A stretch of 64,000 nt of DNA from assembly GCA_046536595.1 (NCBI GenBank), contig JAWDMM010000001.1, forward strand, positions 19,477 to 83,476. The letters run 5' to 3'. The stretch's first letter is position 1. Each line of letters begins with the position of its first letter. This DNA is from Nitrososphaeria archaeon (lineage in GTDB: Archaea > Thermoproteota > Nitrososphaeria > Conexivisphaerales > UBA164). Positions 61,742 to 64,000 of the stretch are shown here, in pieces. The position numbers and the translations under genes are program-made. Under the pieces are notes generated by a model. It saw nothing but the letters and a program-made list of their open reading frames with translations, had not been told where the DNA came from and ran no database searches.

Positions 61742-62293
61742 ATGGTAAAGCTGGAATACGAGGACACCTTTGTGAAAGTATCTGCAATGATTGGCGATGA
61801 AGATTATATCAAGGTTGCGAGGGCTATACTGAATAACCCTGACGCAACAGACGAAGAAATAGCGAGCGCAACCGGGTTAAAGATCAACAAAGTTAGGAAA
61901 GTTCTATATGATCTTTATGAAAGAGGTTTGATAGCTGGAATAAGGGACAAGGATCCCAAAAAAGGTTGGTTTGTATACAGATGGAGGATCCAGAGGGACC
62001 AGGTCGATGTGTTTTTAAAAAGGACCAGAGATGTTATACTGAAAAAGTTAAAAAGCAGGTTAGAGTATGAAAAGACTCACGCGTTTTACTGGTGTGGAAC
62101 TCCCACATGCAAAAAGTATACTTTTGAGCAGGCTATTGAGTATTTTTTCATTTGCCCGGAGTGCGGTAACCCTCTTAAGCAGGAAGATAATTCAGAATTT
62201 ATCAAAGCTCTTGAATGGAAAATAAACCAAATAGTAGAAGAAGATAAGAAAAACGAGGAAAAAAATAAAGCTGTTCAGGAATTAACCAGTTGA
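61742..62293 (+). CDS. tfe: Transcription factor E (TFE-alpha)
   Basis: 183 aa. Winged helix ('[25 protein letters not shown]...[10 protein letters not shown]') plus a zinc ribbon ('WCGTPTC...CPECGNPL'). Confidence 0.8.
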   Translation: MVKLEYEDTFVKVSAMIGDEDYIKVARAILNNPDATDEEIASATGLKINKVRKVLYDLYERGLIAGIRDKDPKKGWFVYRWRIQRDQVDVFLKRTRDVILKKLKSRLEYEKTHAFYWCGTPTCKKYTFEQAIEYFFICPECGNPLKQEDNSEFIKALEWKINQIVEEDKKNEEKNKAVQELTS

Positions 62294-63244
62294 AGAGTAA
62301 ACTGTAGTGCCTTTCTTTCCTTCAACGAGTTCTATAAGGTCATATAGATGTCCTATTGTTGAGGCTTCTCCGCCAGCTTCCACGAACCTTATTGCTGCTA
62401 AGATCTTTGGCCCCATGCTTCCTTCTTTAAAGTGTCCTTCAGCATAGTATCTTTTCATTTCTTCTACAGAAACTTTATCAAGTTTCTTCTGGTTTGGAGT
62501 ACCATAGTTCAGGTAAGCACCGTCAACGTCAGTTGCTATTATGAACTTGCTTGCTCCAACAAGAGTTGCTAACCTCTGGCCAGCAAGGTCCTTGTCTATT
62601 ACGGCTTCAACACCGTGGGCTACTCCGTCCTTTTCTATTATAGGAATGCCACCGCCTCCGCTGGCTACTACTATGAACCCATAGTCTACTAGAGTCTTAA
62701 TTGCATACCTTTCAGCTATCAATTTAGGATCTGGAGATGGTACAACCCTCCTCCATCCCCTTCCAGAGTCTTCTTTAAAGACCCATTCGGGGAATTGCTT
62801 CTTCAGTTCATCCACATCTTCCTTTTTGTAAAAAGCACCAACTGGTTTAGTTGGGTTCTTAAATGCAGGGTCGTTTTCATCCACTATGGTTCTGGTTACT
62901 ATTGTGACGACGTACTTGTCTATTTTTCTGGTTTTAAGCTCGTTTCTCAGTGATTGCTGAATCATGTAACCAATAAAACCCTGTGTTTCTGCTCCAGCTA
63001 CGTCCATCGGGAAAGCTGGAACGCCATAAACTTTCTGACCTGCATCGTGTCTCAGAAGAGTTGCGCCAACTTGAGGACCGTTCCCGTGGGTTACGACAAC
63101 TTTATAGCCTCTTTCGATCAGATCTGCTATCTTTTTCGCTGTTATTTTAGTGTTCTCGTACTGTTCCTGGAAAGTACCCTTTTGACCCCTCTGCAGCAAT
63201 GCATTTCCACCGAGGGCTATCACAATTAAGTTTCTTTCTGACAT
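62282..63244 (-). CDS. arcC: Carbamate kinase
   Basis: 320 aa. Carries '[10 protein letters not shown]', '[11 protein letters not shown]' and '[10 protein letters not shown]'. Confidence 0.9.
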   Translation of the reverse strand: MSERNLIVIALGGNALLQRGQKGTFQEQYENTKITAKKIADLIERGYKVVVTHGNGPQVGATLLRHDAGQKVYGVPAFPMDVAGAETQGFIGYMIQQSLRNELKTRKIDKYVVTIVTRTIVDENDPAFKNPTKPVGAFYKKEDVDELKKQFPEWVFKEDSGRGWRRVVPSPDPKLIAERYAIKTLVDYGFIVVASGGGGIPIIEKDGVAHGVEAVIDKDLAGQRLATLVGASKFIIATDVDGAYLNYGTPNQKKLDKVSVEEMKRYYAEGHFKEGSMGPKILAAIRFVEAGGEASTIGHLYDLIELVEGKKGTTVYSSTG

Positions 63245-63350
63245 ACTTCTTCGCTTAACCCTTAATTAGGATAAATATTAAGTTTACTTTTTAATAACAT
63301 ATTTATTTTTTAATGATAGCCGTTCCGTTTAAAACCGTTAAAATGAAATT

Positions 63351-63725
63351 TTAAGCTATTGATTCTTTTAGTCTTTTTGCAACTTTTTTCCCTTCTTTTG
63401 TTAAATCGTAATAAATTCCTTTGGGTTTTTTATCCCTGTTACGTTGCTTAAATTTCAGCCAGGGCTTTATTGATGATGTCGGCAACCATTTCAGAGAACC
63501 GTTGTACTTTTGAAGGAGCCCCAGATTCTCCAGATGCATACAGGCTTTCTCGATTTCATCTTCACTGTAAGTTGGTCTCCATCCGCTTATTCCGAGGAGC
63601 CTCCTTGCCATAAGCCAAGAATTATCTGGACCGTACTTTAAAATATGAACGAGTATTTTCTTTTCGAGATCGTTAAGAGATAAGCTATCTTTATCTCCAG
63701 CTTTCGAGATAGGATTTCTGCTCAT
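63351..63725 (-). CDS. Small winged-helix-like DNA-binding protein
   Basis: 124 aa. Carries 'LEKKILVHILKYGP...ARRL', '...LENLGLLQK' and 'IYYDLTKEGKKV' (PadR/MarR-like flavour). Its 5' end overlaps the ahcY 3' end by 35 nt. Confidence 0.4.
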   Translation of the reverse strand: MSRNPISKAGDKDSLSLNDLEKKILVHILKYGPDNSWLMARRLLGISGWRPTYSEDEIEKACMHLENLGLLQKYNGSLKWLPTSSIKPWLKFKQRNRDKKPKGIYYDLTKEGKKVAKRLKESIA

Positions 63726-64000
63726 CTGTTAGTTTTTCGAGCACAATCCCGTTTACGATCAAAAACGTCTCTACGACTTTTTTATCGATTTCTTCCGGCA
63801 CAGTGTACACTTTTTTTTGAAGGTTGTCTCTGTTTTCGTTAAGGAAGAGCACGCTCATAAGTTGAAGAGAAAATGAAAGATCCATTATTTCTATGGGGTG
63901 ACCGTCTGCAGCGCCGAGGTTTACAAGCCTTCCTTCAGCAAGAACATAAACCTTCTTTCCATTTGGAAGTATATATTCTGACACGTTTGGACGAGCTTCT
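63691..64000 (-). CDS. ahcY: Adenosylhomocysteinase, C-terminal part (the gene starts beyond the 3' edge of the window)
   Basis: 'VYVLAEGRLVNLGAADGHPIEIMDLSFSLQ' is the conserved AHCY C-terminal core. The frame is open to nt 64000. Confidence 0.9.
   Translation of the reverse strand, partial: EARPNVSEYILPNGKKVYVLAEGRLVNLGAADGHPIEIMDLSFSLQLMSVLFLNENRDNLQKKVYTVPEEIDKKVVETFLIVNGIVLEKLTDEQKSYLESWR

Noticed and set aside
1-64000. Search by eye for CRISPR arrays, tRNA genes and rRNA genes across the whole window.
   Set aside because: I saw no regularly spaced direct repeats, no cloverleaf-compatible GC-rich ~75-nt segment and no rRNA-like sequence. All GC-rich islands are explained by IS-derived material. 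tRNAscan-SE, Infernal or a CRISPR finder would be needed to be definitive.

Overview
Dense, low-GC (about 35-37% by eye) archaeal chromosomal window. Gene content points to a Thermoplasmatales-like euryarchaeon: a Thermoplasma-type glucose dehydrogenase inside a non-phosphorylative Entner-Doudoroff set, archaeal-type SAM synthetase, Pth2, TFE, SRP19, Hjc, an ESCRT-III/CdvB homologue, and the DUF35-thiolase-HMG-CoA synthase trio. I cannot confirm the taxon without a search. About 70 credible protein genes are packed with many 1-30 nt overlaps, and several use TTG or GTG starts. The main blocks run as follows. (1) glnA, an Lhr-type helicase and aspS. (2) F420-related oxidoreductases. (3) srp19 and htpX. 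(4) A sugar island with dhaKL, KDG aldolase, glucose dehydrogenase, gluconate dehydratase, lactonase, a glycogen debranching enzyme and a GH15 glucoamylase. (5) The mevalonate-entry trio. (6) A long ilvBNC-leuAB operon. (7) A nox / HTH-CBS / SAM synthetase / MetF-like operon. (8) An fdrA-DUF1116-pth2-truD operon facing an HPS-like / DUF2877-like / MoaD-like operon. (9) scpB and an ESCRT-III gene. (10) A nucleotide-sugar cluster. (11) tfe, arcC and the 3' end of ahcY. I found no rRNA, tRNA or CRISPR array. Mobile DNA is all decayed: one IS481-like element with a multiply broken transposase, and three separate relics of IS200/IS605 TnpB elements. One relic (36.6-36.9 kb) still has an end hairpin, an archaeal TATA box and a GC-rich, stem-rich RNA-like body, but no nuclease gene. 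A 57-bp miniature copy of the same element lies 4.2 kb away. The candidates most worth follow-up are this TnpB-less omega-RNA-like relic and its miniature partner, the archaeal fdrA/DUF1116/DUF2877 cluster with unusual neighbours, two paralogous DUF1512-like genes, a Walker-A-less RecA/RadB-fold gene pair, a two-subunit DhaKL without DhaM next to the np-ED genes, and an ESCRT-III gene with a tandem-repeat promoter element and an unknown 298-aa neighbour. All calls come from reading the sequence and the ORF translations by eye and from remembered family motifs. No database search, covariance model or folding program was run.
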